DNA of 16,215 nucleotides from a virus (lineage: Duplodnaviria; Heunggongvirae; Uroviricota; Caudoviricetes): IMG/VR virus record IMGVR_UViG_3300034107_000364, one strand, 5' to 3'. Position 1 is the stretch's first letter. Every line of letters begins with the position of its first letter. This document shows positions 15,553-16,215 of this stretch, in pieces. Both the position numbers and the translations under genes were made by a program. A model generated the notes under the pieces. That model made no database searches. It was not told where the DNA came from and was given only the letters and a program-made list of their open reading frames with translations.

Positions 15553-16215
15553 ATGGCAAAAGTATATTACGTAGCAGAAAATGCACCTGATTATTCTCAA
15601 GTAAATTTCTATAAAACAGAAAAAGAGGCTCTAAAATTTGGACTCTCACAAATACCTAACTTCGAAATGGGTGAAGAACCAATGAATGACGAAGAAAATG
15701 ATGGTGAAGAATGGTTCCATGGAGCTGAATTAACATTTGATAAAGGAATCTTATACATAGTATACAATGGTGATGTTACAGTTGAAGCCATCGATGAAGA
15801 TGCTGCAAGAGAAAAAGCTCAAGAGCTTGAAGACAATGGAGTTGCTATATTCTTTGATGGATTTACAAAAGGAATGTATGGTTATCAAGGTACAGCTGCT
15901 GATGGTAAAGGTTACAAATGGGACTGGGATGGATACGATATTAATGAATCAAACACATCGAGTACCAAACACGGAATGAAACACATTAAACTATTCGAAC
16001 AATTTTCTAAAACATTAAACGAAAAGAAAAAATGGTCTGATATTGACTCTTATAATATTGGAGATGAATTTATGGATGAATTTCCAAAAAACAAAGACTG
16101 GAAAGATAGTATGTGGTCTTCATTAGAAGATTGGATGGATCAAGAATGGGGACCTAATGCTGGTGTTGAATCTTCTAAAGGATTTGAAGATGCACTTAAC
16201 GATGTTACAGACTAT
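15553..16215 (+). CDS. 3'-truncated acidic hypothetical protein (at least 221 aa) with an internal leader-like peptide; missing from the ORF track
   Basis: ATG at 15553 after a TAAAA tandem. My translation is open to the window end: MAKVYYVAENAPDYSQ...DGYDINESNTSSTKHG-MKHIKLFEQFSKTLNE-KKKWSD...VTDY. Codon usage and composition are like the neighbouring genes. Confidence 0.85.
   Translation, partial: MAKVYYVAENAPDYSQVNFYKTEKEALKFGLSQIPNFEMGEEPMNDEENDGEEWFHGAELTFDKGILYIVYNGDVTVEAIDEDAAREKAQELEDNGVAIFFDGFTKGMYGYQGTAADGKGYKWDWDGYDINESNTSSTKHGMKHIKLFEQFSKTLNEKKKWSDIDSYNIGDEFMDEFPKNKDWKDSMWSSLEDWMDQEWGPNAGVESSKGFEDALNDVTDY

Larger units (their letters stand above)
12313..16023 (+). repeat. Seven dispersed copies of a peptide-level repeat MK[YHK][AI]KL[YF]E[DEQ]F..E
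   Basis: Copies at 12313-12351, 12597-12635, 13190-13228, 13511-13549, 14070-14108, 14849-14887 and the variant 15976-16023. Copies differ at synonymous positions (CTA/TTA, TTT/TTC, AAA/AAG, GAA/GAG). Confidence 0.95.

Noticed and set aside
15767-15979. 70-aa plus-strand ORF and the 15609..15791 minus-strand ORF
   Set aside because: Both lie inside the longer open frame starting at 15553, which has a proper start context and the family tag.
12313-16023. The shared 39-nt starts as DNA-level elements (attC-like cassette sites, promoters) or Sec signal peptides
   Set aside because: Variation is mainly synonymous or conservative, no palindromic structure was seen, and the peptide is charged and amphipathic with no hydrophobic h-region.
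1-16215. Eukaryotic giant virus origin (collagens plus glycosyltransferases recall Mimiviridae)
   Set aside because: Translationally coupled overlaps (TAATG, ATGA), an intrinsic terminator and T4-like capsid tags fit a bacteriophage better. Not formally excluded without marker genes.
1-16215. Stop-codon reassignment (for example TAG to Gln, as in some Bacteroidota phages)
   Set aside because: All genes read as intact under the standard bacterial code, and no gene needs an internal TAG or TGA to be complete.

Overview
An AT-rich, densely coding window with every credible gene on the + strand. It is most plausibly a segment of a large T4-like/jumbo dsDNA phage, possibly infecting Bacteroidota; this is inferred from SD-less, TAAAA-rich start regions and was not verified by any search. 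There are three blocks. (1) 1-7118, virion fibre/adhesin-like genes: a 5'-truncated Pro/Thr-linker protein, a 1294-aa protein with about 260 in-register, almost Pro-free Gly-X-Y triplets (GTN/GTS/GSS), and a 906-aa VWA + Calx-beta-like + Pro/Thr-linker/Cys-module protein ending in a Hint (intein-like) domain. An intrinsic terminator follows at 7141-7169. (2) 7222-12291, a six-gene glycosylation cassette: GT60/GlcNAc-transferase-like, DUF3431-like, two GT-A-like, HtrL/YibB-like and an NAD-dependent sugar epimerase. (3) 12313-end, a tandem array of otherwise dissimilar proteins sharing the peptide MK[YHK][AI]KL[YF]E[DEQ]F[IV]xE, which aligns with the T4 internal-protein capsid-targeting sequence (MKTYQEFIAE). 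A seventh ORF missing from the ORF track (15553 to beyond 16215) carries this peptide internally. The best leads are a putative capsid-packaged, host-injected cargo array, a phage-encoded glycosylation system next to Thr/Ser-rich fibre proteins, and a self-processing VWA-Hint adhesin. All family assignments come from motif recognition by eye.
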